64,000 nt of DNA from Verrucomicrobiota bacterium (GCA_003152315.1 PLZV01000023.1:4905-68904), one strand, 5' to 3'; counted from the first letter of the stretch, positions 20,440 through 31,435 are shown. Made by a program: numbers and translations. Notes: generated by a model not told the origin, from the sequence alone.

Positions 20440-21480
20440 TTAGCCGGCGGCCTTCGCGGAAGTTTCTCTGACTGTTAAACTCGACGCAAGAAGCACATCC
20501 ATGAGGCTTTCATCCTCTGAGTCAATGCGCCTCAGCAGCAGTTCTGCGGCCGTCACTCCAATCTTCTCGGGGTCGGCATGCGCACCCGTGATTTTGGGAT
20601 GTTCCTCCTCGCAAACGCGGGTGGCATCCACGGCGACCACGCTAATCTCCTCCGGCACGCGCCATCCGTTTTGCATTAGGCAATTGATCACCCCGCGAGC
20701 CATCAAACCGTTGGCACAAATCCACGCGGTGGGAAAACTCTTTCGTGAGATTTGGCCGAGCATGATCTCGCCCGCTTCCCATCCGCTGAGGCGATCGCCC
20801 AGTTCCACATTCACCGTGAAGTTGTCGGCCAGTTTCAAATTGTGCTGATTCAGCGCCTCAACGAATCCGTCGTGTCGACGGATATTGTAATGCAGCCCCT
20901 TGTCGCCGGCGATCCAGGCAAAACGACGGTGCCCCAACCCCGTCAGATGGTCCACCAGGAGACTCAACGCCTGCTCTTCGTTCGCCATCACCGAATGGCA
21001 GATTCCGGGATAACTCACGGAAATGGTCACCAGATTCGGTTGCGCCGCTTTGATGGCTTTGAGGAATTTCACGTCCACCTGTCCAAGCACAGCGAGGCCG
21101 AAGACTTGGTTGTGGCGAAGCTTTTGTTGTACGGTGCGGACGCCAAGATCGTCTTCGGATCCGAGAAAAACCGAGTGGTAACCACGTGTCAGCAAGCCCT
21201 CGTGCAACCCGTGCTGCACGTGGCTGAAAAAATTACTTTGGGTGTGCAACCGCAGCCCGCTGCGTAAGATGAAGCCCACGTTCGTGATCAGGGTGCCGCT
21301 GCCATTGAGCTGCATACCCTTGGGCCGGTAGCCGATTTTGAGGGCGTGATCCCAAATCCGCCGGTAGGACTTCGCGCTAATGTTCTGCCGCATTCCATTC
21401 AGAACCATGGAAACTAACGCCTGCGAAACGCCCAGGTCATGGGCGATGCTTTGCTGGGAAACACGCTCTTTCTTCTTCAC
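20440..21480 (-). CDS. LacI-family transcriptional regulator with atypical hinge
   Basis: N-terminal HTH IAHDLGVSQALVSMVLNG; sugar-binding domain (HLTGLGHRRFAWI, PTAWICAN, VPEEISVV, LTVRETS). Confidence 0.9.
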   Translation of the reverse strand: MKKKERVSQQSIAHDLGVSQALVSMVLNGMRQNISAKSYRRIWDHALKIGYRPKGMQLNGSGTLITNVGFILRSGLRLHTQSNFFSHVQHGLHEGLLTRGYHSVFLGSEDDLGVRTVQQKLRHNQVFGLAVLGQVDVKFLKAIKAAQPNLVTISVSYPGICHSVMANEEQALSLLVDHLTGLGHRRFAWIAGDKGLHYNIRRHDGFVEALNQHNLKLADNFTVNVELGDRLSGWEAGEIMLGQISRKSFPTAWICANGLMARGVINCLMQNGWRVPEEISVVAVDATRVCEEEHPKITGAHADPEKIGVTAAELLLRRIDSEDESLMDVLLASSLTVRETSAKAAG

Positions 21481-21571
21481 AGTCAGAAAGTTAACTCAAT
21501 GACACTGTGTTTGAAAGCAGAAAGCGGCACACCGTGTTTCGAACTTTTCACTTGCAAACGAGGCGAATACA

Positions 21572-21583
21572 TTATAATTATTA
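21572..21583. promoter_or_regulatory. Putative operator (TTATAATTATTA) overlapping TATAAT between the divergent lacI and dehydrogenase operon
   Basis: One of five copies of the TAATAATTATTA-like palindrome at island promoters. Confidence 0.7.
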
Positions 21584-21587
21584 AGCA

Positions 21588-22601
21588 ATGTTTCAGCACA
21601 GCGCCATTATTGCCTTGAGTGACCTTGAGATCGCCGATTTCCTCCCGGGCCCGCTCTGGGGAGAATTGGAGAACCTCCTGCCCGGATACCATCGTGTCCG
21701 TCTCCCACTGACCGGCACGGACGATTGGGAGCGGCTGTGGCGTGGCTCGCCGTCGGACATTCTCATCTCCGGATGGCAAACACCGTCACTCAACTCCACC
21801 TTGCAGCCAGTGGATTTGAAGCAGTTGCGTTACGTGTGCCATATGGCGGGCAGCGTCCGTAAGCTCGTCCCCCGCGAGCTGATCGACCAGGGCTTGCTGG
21901 TCACCAATTGGGGCGGCTCGATCAGCGCAACCGTTGCTGAATGCACGCTGATGCTCATCCTGATGGCTCTGCGGCGCGCCTCGCATTGGGCTGTGGCCAT
22001 GCATCGGGATGGCGCATGGAAAGTTGGGAATACGTACACCCAAAGTTTGCTGGGCCGGCGCGTGGGAATTCACGGCTTCGGCTCGATCAGCCAATGTCTG
22101 GTCCCGATGCTGAGACCGTTCACCTCTCAGATTCAAGCCTTTTCACCGAACATGCCGGAGACGGTTTTTTATAATCTCGGCGTGAAGCGTCTGACGTCGC
22201 TGGAGGAACTCTTCGCCGAATCCGACGTGGTCGTGGAGTTGGCTGCAGCAACGCCGGAGAACCATCATGTCGTGACGGAGAATCATCTGCGCATGATTCC
22301 CAAGGGCGGGGTGTTTGTGAACATTGGGCGCGGCTGTGTGGTGGACCAGGACGGACTGCTCCGCGTCGCGCGGGAAGGTCAGCTGCAAATCGCGCTCGAT
22401 GTCTTCGAGCAAGAGCCGCTGCCGGCCGGTTCGCCCTTGCGTGGATTGCCAAACGTCACGCTCCTGCCCCATCTCGGCGGTCCCACGCGCGAGCGGCGGC
22501 GCGATGCCGGCGCGCTCGCGTTGAAGAATCTCCGCGCCTTTTTGCGCGGTGATCTACTGGACGCCGTTGTGACATTGGAGGTCTATGACCGCTCCAGTTA
22601 A
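21588..22601 (+). CDS. D-isomer-specific 2-hydroxyacid dehydrogenase
   Basis: HMAGSVR, VAEC, GIHGFGSIS, FVNIGRG, ALDVFEQEP, LLPHLGG. Confidence 0.9.
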   Translation: MFQHSAIIALSDLEIADFLPGPLWGELENLLPGYHRVRLPLTGTDDWERLWRGSPSDILISGWQTPSLNSTLQPVDLKQLRYVCHMAGSVRKLVPRELIDQGLLVTNWGGSISATVAECTLMLILMALRRASHWAVAMHRDGAWKVGNTYTQSLLGRRVGIHGFGSISQCLVPMLRPFTSQIQAFSPNMPETVFYNLGVKRLTSLEELFAESDVVVELAAATPENHHVVTENHLRMIPKGGVFVNIGRGCVVDQDGLLRVAREGQLQIALDVFEQEPLPAGSPLRGLPNVTLLPHLGGPTRERRRDAGALALKNLRAFLRGDLLDAVVTLEVYDRSS

Positions 22602-23469
22602 CGCGCGCGGCTTGTCGTGGGGCGTTTCAACCCTCGGCTGTGCGGAGTTGCGGCTTCCGCATATCTGTAAACTTCTCAGCGAGTTTCGACTCCGTGAACT
22701 TGAGATGCGTGCCGTGGACGGGCGCATTGATTTGCCGCAATGGGCCTGGGATGCGGGCTGGCCGCCCTACCGGGCAGCCGCTTTGCTGGCGAAGCATGAC
22801 ATCCGATTGCGCGTCGCGGATTCTTCCTTCAAACTTGTCGGCAACGATGTCAAGTCCCGCGCCGAGTTATTGACGTTTTGCAACTGGGCCGATTCCTGGG
22901 GCGCGCGGTACGTCCGCGCTTTTGGCGGCGGTACCTGGGGACAAGCATTGACCGAAGCGGACTACGAGCAAGCGGCCCAGACGGTCACGTGGTGGCAACA
23001 GGAAAGAAGGCAGCGCGGCTGGCGCGTTGAGTTGTTGCTCGAAACGCACGACGGATTCTCCGCGTCCGGCCCTTGCCGCAATCTGCTCGCCCGGTTGCAT
23101 GAACCGATCGGCATCATCTGGGACGCGCATCATACTTGGCGGCTCGGCGGCGAGTCCCCGCGCGAATCGTGGTCGCAACTCTCCCAGTGGATTCGTCACG
23201 TTCACGTCAAAGACAGTATCGCCAAACCTTCAGCGCGACATCCGTACACGTACGTTCTGCCCGGCGACGGCGAGATGCCGCTGGGACAAATCGTCGAGCT
23301 GCTGACCGAGCATCAATTCGCGGGAGCAATTTCGCTGGAATGGGAACGTCTCTGGCATCCGTATCTGCCGCCGTTGCGCGAGGCGTTGACACAATTGGAA
23401 GCGCAGCCGTGGTTTGTGACTTCTGTGAAGGCTGTCAATGAACACCAATCTCCTGCCATCGCCCGTTAA
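22585..23469 (+). CDS. Sugar phosphate isomerase/epimerase (xylose-isomerase-like TIM barrel)
   Basis: STLGC, LLETHD, WDAHH, HVHVKDS, PGDGEMP, SLEWE metal-binding motifs. Confidence 0.85.
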   Translation: MTAPVNARGLSWGVSTLGCAELRLPHICKLLSEFRLRELEMRAVDGRIDLPQWAWDAGWPPYRAAALLAKHDIRLRVADSSFKLVGNDVKSRAELLTFCNWADSWGARYVRAFGGGTWGQALTEADYEQAAQTVTWWQQERRQRGWRVELLLETHDGFSASGPCRNLLARLHEPIGIIWDAHHTWRLGGESPRESWSQLSQWIRHVHVKDSIAKPSARHPYTYVLPGDGEMPLGQIVELLTEHQFAGAISLEWERLWHPYLPPLREALTQLEAQPWFVTSVKAVNEHQSPAIAR

Positions 23470-25381
23470 TTCTCCCGCGATAACTCCGTACGCACCCGTA
23501 AACACGGCGCCGGACGGTGGGTATGCGTGGTGGCGTTCCGCGGCCGAAAACCTTCTCGTTCCGCTCGCCGCCCTGATGAAGCCAGACAAGGCGGATCTGC
23601 CGTTGCGCGGGCAAGCCAGCAACCACGGCGTGCAAGCGGACCGTCTCGAATCCTTCGCCCGCCCGTGTCTGCTGGCGGCTCATTGGCTGGTGAGCGAACC
23701 GGCCGCGGCCGAGAAGCTTTCCCGCGATGAAATTGCGGCATGGTTCCGCCGCGGATTGGTGGTTGGCACCGACCCTTCCAGTCCGGAATCCTGGGGGCCG
23801 ACCGCCAATCACCACCAACACACCGTCGAAATGGCGGCGCTGACTCTGGCCCTGCAAATCGCCCGCTCGTCCCTGTGGGAGCCGCTGTCGAAACCGGAGC
23901 GCGAGCAGGTGGCGCGCTGGTTCGCCAGCATTCGCGGCGCGGGATTACATCGCAACAACCACATGTTCTTCAGCGTGATGACGCTCGCCTTCTTGAATCA
24001 GGAGGGTTTTGCCCGCAGCAGCGATGGGCCGGTGATGCGCCATTTGCTGGACGTGCTCGAAAGCATGGCGCTGGGCGGCGGATGGTTCATTGACGGGATG
24101 AACGAAACGGTAGACTACTATCAAGCCTACGCCTTTCATTATTATGGACAGTGGTGGGCCAGACTCTACGGTTACACCGACCCCAAACGCGCCCGCCGCT
24201 GGAAGGATTGGACCCGACAGTTTCTCAAGGATTACGTTCACTTCTTTGCCGCCAGCGGCGAAACTCCTCCGTTCGGACGGTCGCTCTGTTACCGGTTCGC
24301 CGCGTCGGCGCCGTTCGGTCTTGCGGAACTTTGCGGCGTGGCGGCCGTCCCGCCGGGCCAGGCCCGGCGAGTCTGCACGCGCAACCTGGATTTTTTTCTT
24401 CGTCAGCACGTATTACAGGAACAAGGAGCGTTGTCCTTGGGCTGGACCGACGAATTTCCGGGGATCACCGAGGCTTACAGTTGCGCCGGCTCCGCGTATT
24501 GGGCTGCCAAAGGGTTTTCCCCGTTGCTGCTGCCGTCACAACACCGGTTTTGGCGGGCGAAAGAAGAACGTCTGCCGTCCGAAAAATCGGATTTCCAAAT
24601 TGCCGTGCCCCAAGCCGGATTGGTCGTGCGCAGTCATGATGGCGAAGTTGAGGTCTTGAACAACGCCAACGGGATCAGCGTGGGCAACATCCCGTTCGGT
24701 ACCTGGAAATGGGGCAAGCTGAGTTTCCGGTCCGGCATTGGCGGCGAGATTGCGCCATCCGCCGGGCGTTATCCACTCGACGCGGCGCTTACGGCGGAGT
24801 TCGTGACCGGCTCGATTTATGGCCGCCACCAATGCCAGCCCGTTGCGGTGGCGGCGGATCATTGCGCGTCGGTGTATGGCCTGGGCGACCGGTTCAGTCA
24901 GAACCACGCCAGTGTGGAAACACACCTCTGGTGGAAAGGCGGCTGGCAGTTCCAGTGGCACCGCGTGACCGCCTATCAACCAGCTGTTTTTCGGTTGGGC
25001 ACTTACAGTCTCCCGTTGCCGGAAGGTCGCTGGACGGAATTGACAGTGAATGATGATTTTGCCCACGCCAGCAATGGCCAGCATGGTGTGGCCATTCAAC
25101 CGTTGCTTGGTTTCCATGGGGTGAAAGCCAATGAATCCGAACCGCATAAACGCACACACTTGCTCGCATGGCATTCGCTGACATTGACGGCGGAAACAGA
25201 AAAAGTTGTGGGAGAACAGCACTTGTTGGCATTGGTCTGGGTTGGACTGAACCAGAAAGAACGTGAATCGTGGAAAGTTATTTCGAGTTCCGAAGGCAAA
25301 TTGAAATTGCGTCATCCAGCATTAGGCGGATGGCAGATCACACAGGCAGAATTGCCCAAGTTGTCTATTGCGACTGCATAA
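23438..25381 (+). CDS. DUF2264 protein (GH154-like glucuronidase)
   Basis: LESFARP, GTDP, QHTVEMA, NNHMFF, GGGWFIDG, DYYQAYAFHYY, FGRSLCYRFA, GSAYWAAKGF. Confidence 0.8.
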   Translation: MNTNLLPSPVNSPAITPYAPVNTAPDGGYAWWRSAAENLLVPLAALMKPDKADLPLRGQASNHGVQADRLESFARPCLLAAHWLVSEPAAAEKLSRDEIAAWFRRGLVVGTDPSSPESWGPTANHHQHTVEMAALTLALQIARSSLWEPLSKPEREQVARWFASIRGAGLHRNNHMFFSVMTLAFLNQEGFARSSDGPVMRHLLDVLESMALGGGWFIDGMNETVDYYQAYAFHYYGQWWARLYGYTDPKRARRWKDWTRQFLKDYVHFFAASGETPPFGRSLCYRFAASAPFGLAELCGVAAVPPGQARRVCTRNLDFFLRQHVLQEQGALSLGWTDEFPGITEAYSCAGSAYWAAKGFSPLLLPSQHRFWRAKEERLPSEKSDFQIAVPQAGLVVRSHDGEVEVLNNANGISVGNIPFGTWKWGKLSFRSGIGGEIAPSAGRYPLDAALTAEFVTGSIYGRHQCQPVAVAADHCASVYGLGDRFSQNHASVETHLWWKGGWQFQWHRVTAYQPAVFRLGTYSLPLPEGRWTELTVNDDFAHASNGQHGVAIQPLLGFHGVKANESEPHKRTHLLAWHSLTLTAETEKVVGEQHLLALVWVGLNQKERESWKVISSSEGKLKLRHPALGGWQITQAELPKLSIATA

Positions 25382-25491
25382 CTGACTCTCCCAGCCGCAA
25401 CCAATCACCGTTAAAACGGAACTCGTTGCGCTGCTGAGACATTGTGTGGCGGTGTCGCTCGAAGAATGGGCGAAAAGACAGAAAAAAACGC

Positions 25492-25532
25492 TTGCATTAC
25501 CGGTCGGTCGCTGTTAAATTTAATAATTATGA
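25492..25532 (+). promoter_or_regulatory. Sigma70 promoter plus operator
   Basis: TTGCAT (25492-25497), 17 bp, extended TG-N-TAAATT (25515-25520), immediately followed by TAATAATTATGA (25521-25532). Confidence 0.7.
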
Positions 25533-25638
25533 ATCGACGGGAAGGCTCTCTCGGTCCCGGCGGGAACTGTAACGCGTTGCTTGGCAGATGGGAACCAGGA
25601 GCACGCTAGTGCTCCACAAACGGCAAGGGATGCATCAA

Positions 25639-28590
25639 ATGACTCAGTCGCAACCTCTCACCCGGATATTTCGTTGTTCAACTCCAGCCCTGATTGCCGC
25701 CGTTATGGCGTTTGGATTGCTGGCCACTGCCCCGCGCGGCCTGGCGGTCACCATGACTTGGACAAATGGCAACGACGTCTGGAACAGCACGACGGCTTGG
25801 ACAACGAACCAGTCCAGTGGTCAAGACCCAACGGATCCTGGGTTATCCAACGTTACTTGTATAGCGGGCGCCGTTACCAACGTCACCGCCACCTGCGTCG
25901 GCGGAACGGGCGGCTTCCCCTCAACTGCTGACACGGCGCGCTTCACAAACGACACGAGTTATACTGTCAACGTCAGCGCCCCGACAACCGTCGGCTTCAT
26001 TACATTCTCGAACACAGCGGGGGCGGTCACGCTGAATGCCGGTTCGTCTTCGCTGTCCATCACGGGCCGGTTCCGGATTGCCGATGGCGGCGCCACGTCG
26101 ACGGTTGTTTGGGCGGGCGGGACTCTCAGCGCTGCGAACAGCAGCCTGACGACACAAATTGGTAGTGCTAACAGCAATTCTGTGGGTGTTTTGATCGTAA
26201 CCAATGGGACTGTGATCACTACGGGGAATGTGTCGCTGGGCACACCCCTTACATCGGTCGGGAAGCTCATCATCAGCGGTCCCGGCGTCGTCACGAATGC
26301 CATCGGGCAACAACTGGCGTCGCCTTACGTCTTCAGGGCGCGCACCCCCGGCAGCGAGATAATCATCACCAACGGCGGCAAGCTGTTTTGGGCCGGCGAA
26401 GTCAGGGTTGAGTCGAACAGTCTGATGCTCGTTTCGGACACAAATAGCCTTTTGTATTGCACGAACAACCCGGTCGTCAGCAGCGCCCTCGCTTGCGGTG
26501 ATCTAGAGGGCCCCGGCTGCAAGATGATCATCAGCAACGGTGCGACAGTCTTTGCCGATGGCACCATCTCCATTGGCAGAAATAGCGGTTCCTCCAATAC
26601 CGGGATTGTCGTCGGCGCCGGGTCCAAATTGATCTCGTCGGCGATTGGGAATTTCGTCATTGGTGTTGGCAGTGCGACTGCCAGAGACAATTCCCTGACC
26701 GTTTATGACGGCGGTTATGTCGAATGCGGCGGCCCCTTCTTCTCCGTCCCTGGCGGTACCGTTACCAATGCCTCATTTTATATGGGGGGGGCGGGAGCCA
26801 TTAGCACCGGTTTGGCGGTCGCAGTTCGCGGAAATTCACAGGGACTGAACAGCTTGATCGTCGTGACAAACGCGGTGTTCACCTGCACTAAGATGTCAGT
26901 CCAGGGCAGCGGAAGCAACGCTCTGGCTGTCTTGTCCAAGGGAACGCTCAACGTCACCGCCTTCAGCACCTTCGAGACAAACGGTCTGAGTGTCGCCGCC
27001 GTGTCCGGTGCTCTCACGATCAACGCGGGCACCATCAATGCCGTCAGCGGCACCAACGCCCTCGGTGTCACTATCGGCGGCAACGGCACGCTTACGGGCA
27101 ACTCATTGACCATTACCAACGGGGGTAAGCTGCTATCGGAGTTGGGCACCATCGGCCCAAACAGCTCTCTTAATACCGGAGTTGTCACCGGGGTTGGATC
27201 GATTTGGTCGAACTACACAGCCGGAGCCAGCTTTGTCAACTCGAATAGCCTTATTGTCGGCGGTGGCACCACGGCGAGCGGCAGCCGCAACTACTTGGCT
27301 GTTCAGAATGGCGCGACCCTTGTCAACAACGGCTCGCTGCAAATTGGTAACAGCGGCAGCTCCACGCTCAACTCGGTCCTCTTCGGCGGTCCCGGGGCGC
27401 CCGCGGTGATCATTAACAGTGGAATGGTAAATGTTGGTGGTGGCTCCGGGACATCTGGAAACTCACTGACAATTTCGAATGCCAGTTTGAATTGCGACAC
27501 GCTCAACGTCGGCGGCGCTGGCACCAACAGAGTCAACAACACGCTTGTTTTTAACGGCGGTACGATCTCAGCCAACTATGTTCGGGTTCGGCTGTCGAAT
27601 ACAGTTGTCTTCACCGCCGGCACACTCAGCGCCGGGGGTTTGGACATCGATCCCGGCGCCAACAACAGCAATGTCTTCGTCGTCGGCGATGGCACCAGCG
27701 CCGCCTACTACGACATGGCAGCGGGCGGCACCGGCTATCACGGCTTTAGTAATGGCGGTCTCGTTGTCACGAACGGCGCCTCCCTCCGTGGCAGCGGCAC
27801 GCTGACCGGTACCATGACCGTGCTCGGCACGTTCGTGCCCGGGTTCGCCAATGCGGTCGGCTCGATTTTTACCAGCAACAGCCTTACCTTTGGAAGTTCG
27901 GCTGTGCTAAACTACGACTTGGGCACTGTGAGCGACACGGCGACAATCAACGGCAATCTGGCCTTGGGCAACAGCATAGTGAACGTGACGGATTCGGGTG
28001 GGTTTGGCGCGGGGACGTATGTGTTGCTCACCCACACGAACACGGTGACGGCTCCGTCGGGAACATTGACGGTGGGCACGTTGCCCGCGGGATTCACCGC
28101 CACGGTTTCCAATGATGTGCCCACTGCCCGGGTCCTGCTGGTAGTGAGCGCCATCGGCGGTGGCGATCCGTACGCCACGTGGCTGACTCACTACGGTCTC
28201 ACTGGCGGGAATGCATTGGGCACGGCCGATCCGGATGCCGATGGCATGAGCAATACCAATGAGTTCCTGGCTGGTTTCAATCCGACCAGCAACGCAGCCT
28301 ACCTACATGTCATTAGCGTTGTGAAATCTGGCAACAACATGAACATCACGTACCTGGGCGCCAATGGGGACAGCACCTACTCGGGTGGGCCTGCCTCACG
28401 CACCAACGTGCTGGAGTTCACGACTGGCACGGTCAACGGTAGTTACTCGACAAACAACTTCGCGAGCACCGGCCAAACCAACATTCTCAGCGGTGGCACA
28501 GGTGCGGGCGTGGTGACCAATATGGTGGACAGTGGTGGGGCGACGAACGCCCCGTCGCGGTACTATCGGGTACGCGTGCTAGTACCGTAA
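25639..28590 (+). CDS. Large secreted Gly/Asn/Thr-rich beta-helix (autotransporter-passenger-like repeat) protein with C-terminal [FY]YR domain
   Basis: Signal peptide; repeated L.I.NGG.L / IG......N.L.V units; C-terminus DPDADGMSNTNEFLAGFNP...RYYRVRVLVP. Start uncertain (25588/25630/25639). Confidence 0.8.
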   Translation: MTQSQPLTRIFRCSTPALIAAVMAFGLLATAPRGLAVTMTWTNGNDVWNSTTAWTTNQSSGQDPTDPGLSNVTCIAGAVTNVTATCVGGTGGFPSTADTARFTNDTSYTVNVSAPTTVGFITFSNTAGAVTLNAGSSSLSITGRFRIADGGATSTVVWAGGTLSAANSSLTTQIGSANSNSVGVLIVTNGTVITTGNVSLGTPLTSVGKLIISGPGVVTNAIGQQLASPYVFRARTPGSEIIITNGGKLFWAGEVRVESNSLMLVSDTNSLLYCTNNPVVSSALACGDLEGPGCKMIISNGATVFADGTISIGRNSGSSNTGIVVGAGSKLISSAIGNFVIGVGSATARDNSLTVYDGGYVECGGPFFSVPGGTVTNASFYMGGAGAISTGLAVAVRGNSQGLNSLIVVTNAVFTCTKMSVQGSGSNALAVLSKGTLNVTAFSTFETNGLSVAAVSGALTINAGTINAVSGTNALGVTIGGNGTLTGNSLTITNGGKLLSELGTIGPNSSLNTGVVTGVGSIWSNYTAGASFVNSNSLIVGGGTTASGSRNYLAVQNGATLVNNGSLQIGNSGSSTLNSVLFGGPGAPAVIINSGMVNVGGGSGTSGNSLTISNASLNCDTLNVGGAGTNRVNNTLVFNGGTISANYVRVRLSNTVVFTAGTLSAGGLDIDPGANNSNVFVVGDGTSAAYYDMAAGGTGYHGFSNGGLVVTNGASLRGSGTLTGTMTVLGTFVPGFANAVGSIFTSNSLTFGSSAVLNYDLGTVSDTATINGNLALGNSIVNVTDSGGFGAGTYVLLTHTNTVTAPSGTLTVGTLPAGFTATVSNDVPTARVLLVVSAIGGGDPYATWLTHYGLTGGNALGTADPDADGMSNTNEFLAGFNPTSNAAYLHVISVVKSGNNMNITYLGANGDSTYSGGPASRTNVLEFTTGTVNGSYSTNNFASTGQTNILSGGTGAGVVTNMVDSGGATNAPSRYYRVRVLVP

Positions 28591-28634
28591 CATGCCCATT
28601 GACTGGTAGCCACGTCGCTATCGGTAAGCCAATT

Positions 28635-30380
28635 ATGCATCGCAATCGGGTCAGTACATTCACCCTGGTTCACTCGGTGTTGCTCTGCCTCGCCGGCGCA
28701 ACGGCTTGGGCACTCGACCCTGGCCAGCCGCCGGGAAGCAACTTTGATTTGAGTCATTGGAAAGAGCAACTCCCCACCTTAAACGGCGTCCTCACCTGTT
28801 CGGGGACCGGAGGCGTGGATGAGGTGAAACCACCCCAACTGCAGGCAGGCTTTACCAACGCGTATTTCTACACCGGATCGGACGGAGCGATGGTGTTCTG
28901 GGCGCCGATTAACGGCGCGACGACGAGCGGTAATACAACGTCTCCGCGCTCCGAATTGCGTGAGGAGATGTCTCCTGGTTCCGACAGCCTGAACTGGATA
29001 CTGTTCGGCACGCATATTCTGGATGCGCAGTGCAAAGTATTACAGGTGCCGACCAGCACCAAAGAAACCATTATCGGCCAAATCCACGCTCAAAGCGGTG
29101 CCGCCCTGCCAACAGTCAAGGTCGTCTACAATAACGGCAAGGTTCATTCGACCATCAAGACCAACTCAACCGACGACAACAGCGACTTGGACTCCCCAAC
29201 TGTGACCGTCGGGTTGAGCAACAGCATCACGTACGAAATCAAAGTCGTGAACGGCCTGGTTTCGGTTGTGATCAACGGTAAGACCAACTCGCTAAATGTT
29301 TTCCAGACCGACCCGAATTACACGAATGAAACGCAGTATTTCAAAGCCGGGGACTATTGCCAGGCCAATGCCTGCACAAACCCTTCAAACGACGGCGCCA
29401 AGGTTGCGTTTTACGCCGTGACATTGTTCCACGCTCCCAGCATCACCAACCAGCCCGCCAGCCAAGCGGTTTCCGTGGGGAGCAACGTTACGTTCAATGT
29501 CGGCGCGCTTGGCAATCCACCATTGTACTATGCCTGGCGGCTGAACGGCACGAACATCAATAACGCGACCAATGCCACCCTCGCGATCCCCAACGTGCAA
29601 CTCACCAACGCGGGCACTTACTCTGTGGTCGTTACCGACTCTGTCGGCACCGTCATCAGTGCCGTCACCAGCAGCAACGCCACATTGACCGTGGTTACAC
29701 CTGCGCCTGTGGCCAGTTTCACCGCGAGTCCGACCAATGGTGCAGCGCCGCTGGCCGTGGCCTTTACGGATACCTCGTCGAACTCGCCCACGAACTGGTC
29801 TTGGACGTTTGGCGATACCGGCACGTCAACGTCGCAGAGCCCAAGCCACACGTACACCACGGCTGGCAGTTACACGGTGAGGTTGATCGCCAGCAACACG
29901 GGAGGTTCGGGTACCAATACCCAGACGGCCTTGATCAGCGTTTACGACCCGTTTGCGTGGTGGCAGCTCCAGTACTTCGGCAGCACCAACAATAATCCGA
30001 ACGCGGCACCGGGCGGGGACTACACCGGTACCGGTATGAGCAACACCAATAAATTCCTGGTAGGCTTGAATCCCATCAGCCCTGCGGCGTACCTGCACAT
30101 CATCAGCATCGCCAATACGAACACGGCAGACATCAACGTGATTTATCTGGGGGCCAATGGCGACAGCACCTGGTCGCCGGGCATCGCGTCGCGCACCAAT
30201 GTGCTGGAGTTCACGGCGGGCGCGGCTAGTGGCGACTACTCGAATAACTTCGTGAGTGCCAACGTGACCAACATTCTCAGTGGCGGGACCGGAACCGGCT
30301 TCGTCACCAACATGGTCGATGCTGGCGGCGCGATCAATACGCCGTCGCGGTACTACCGGGTCCGCGTGCTGGTGCCTTGA
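28635..30380 (+). CDS. Secreted PL7 alginate lyase with Ig, PKD and C-terminal [FY]YR domains
   Basis: FDLSHWK, SPRSELRE, IGQIH, YFKAGDYCQ (PL7 signature trio); Ig (PSITNQP), PKD (WSWTFGD...HTY). Confidence 0.92.
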   Translation: MHRNRVSTFTLVHSVLLCLAGATAWALDPGQPPGSNFDLSHWKEQLPTLNGVLTCSGTGGVDEVKPPQLQAGFTNAYFYTGSDGAMVFWAPINGATTSGNTTSPRSELREEMSPGSDSLNWILFGTHILDAQCKVLQVPTSTKETIIGQIHAQSGAALPTVKVVYNNGKVHSTIKTNSTDDNSDLDSPTVTVGLSNSITYEIKVVNGLVSVVINGKTNSLNVFQTDPNYTNETQYFKAGDYCQANACTNPSNDGAKVAFYAVTLFHAPSITNQPASQAVSVGSNVTFNVGALGNPPLYYAWRLNGTNINNATNATLAIPNVQLTNAGTYSVVVTDSVGTVISAVTSSNATLTVVTPAPVASFTASPTNGAAPLAVAFTDTSSNSPTNWSWTFGDTGTSTSQSPSHTYTTAGSYTVRLIASNTGGSGTNTQTALISVYDPFAWWQLQYFGSTNNNPNAAPGGDYTGTGMSNTNKFLVGLNPISPAAYLHIISIANTNTADINVIYLGANGDSTWSPGIASRTNVLEFTAGAASGDYSNNFVSANVTNILSGGTGTGFVTNMVDAGGAINTPSRYYRVRVLVP

Positions 30381-30661
30381 ATATTACCTGGAGGAGTGCA
30401 GCCGCGAGGACTGAACGGCAACCAAACAGCAACACCAAAGCCGCGTTCACGACTCGGTGAACAATCCCCGGCGGCGCTCTTCCTCATCGTTTCACAAGTT
30501 TTTCCTGAACTGCTTCCCGTAGCCCAATAATAACTTCTGGGCATTCCTCTCCCCTACTTTGAGGGTGTGAGTCAAGGCGAGGATTCTGCTGCTGTTATGC
30601 AGCAGCGTGGCCACGTCTCGATGAAGACCATGCCAAGGGGAACCGGCCGCAAAGATGACTG

Positions 30662-31435
30662 CTAACGTCCTTCCCAGAGAGACTGGCCAGCCGATGGCGG
30701 CGGGAAAGCCGCTTTCGCCTGGGTGAAAGTCACGTTGCGCACGCTGCCGTCAACATACAGGATGTTCATGGAGTCGGCGAGGTGGCGAAAGTCCAGCCAA
30801 CTGCAGGCGGCGGGACCCCCTGAAGCCAGATCGTCCTTTGTGGCAGTTCCGCTCGAAGACTTCCACGGAGTGTTGGATTGGCAACTCGCGCTGCCGGGGG
30901 CGCCGGGATCCTGTTTACCCTCGATGACGAGCGGTGTCTCCGAGGGATTGGTCGTGTCAGCGGCCTCCAACCGCGGTTGCTGGGAGGTCAAGGTAGTAGT
31001 GGTTCCCGGTTTGATCCCCAGCATGGCCCCGGTACACGAGTAGGTTAAACTGAGATCCGAGTTGTTCGCGATTCCTGGAAACTTGGCGCTGGGGCAGTCA
31101 AAAACCCGATTGGGCGATGCGGTGCTGCCAGCGCCCTTCTGCGGCATGTACCGACCCAATAGTTTTGGCCAAGTCGGGACGCCGGTTCCACCGGATGGCG
31201 TCGGCATATATCCGTCGTCCTCGTCCGTGTAAAGATGGATGGCTATAGAGATCTGGCGCAAGTTGGACACACAGACTGCCATTCGTCCCTTCTCACGAGC
31301 CTTATTGAGAGCAGGCAGGAGCATTGCCGCCAGGATCCCGATGATGGCGATGACCACCAGCAATTCGATGAGCGTGAAGGCCCGCGTGTGTCGGCCGGCG
31401 GAACGGCGCTGTGGCTGGGTGTAACTTTGCTTCAT
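30662..31435 (-). CDS. Prepilin-type N-terminal cleavage/methylation protein with H-X9-DG C-terminal motif (DUF1559-like)
   Basis: [29 protein letters not shown]....[27 protein letters not shown]. Confidence 0.92.
   Translation of the reverse strand: MKQSYTQPQRRSAGRHTRAFTLIELLVVIAIIGILAAMLLPALNKAREKGRMAVCVSNLRQISIAIHLYTDEDDGYMPTPSGGTGVPTWPKLLGRYMPQKGAGSTASPNRVFDCPSAKFPGIANNSDLSLTYSCTGAMLGIKPGTTTTLTSQQPRLEAADTTNPSETPLVIEGKQDPGAPGSASCQSNTPWKSSSGTATKDDLASGGPAACSWLDFRHLADSMNILYVDGSVRNVTFTQAKAAFPPPSAGQSLWEGR

Noticed and set aside
25535-25580. Cobalamin riboswitch (GGGAAGG...AACTGTAA)
   Set aside because: Motif order and conserved boxes do not match, and the leader is too short.
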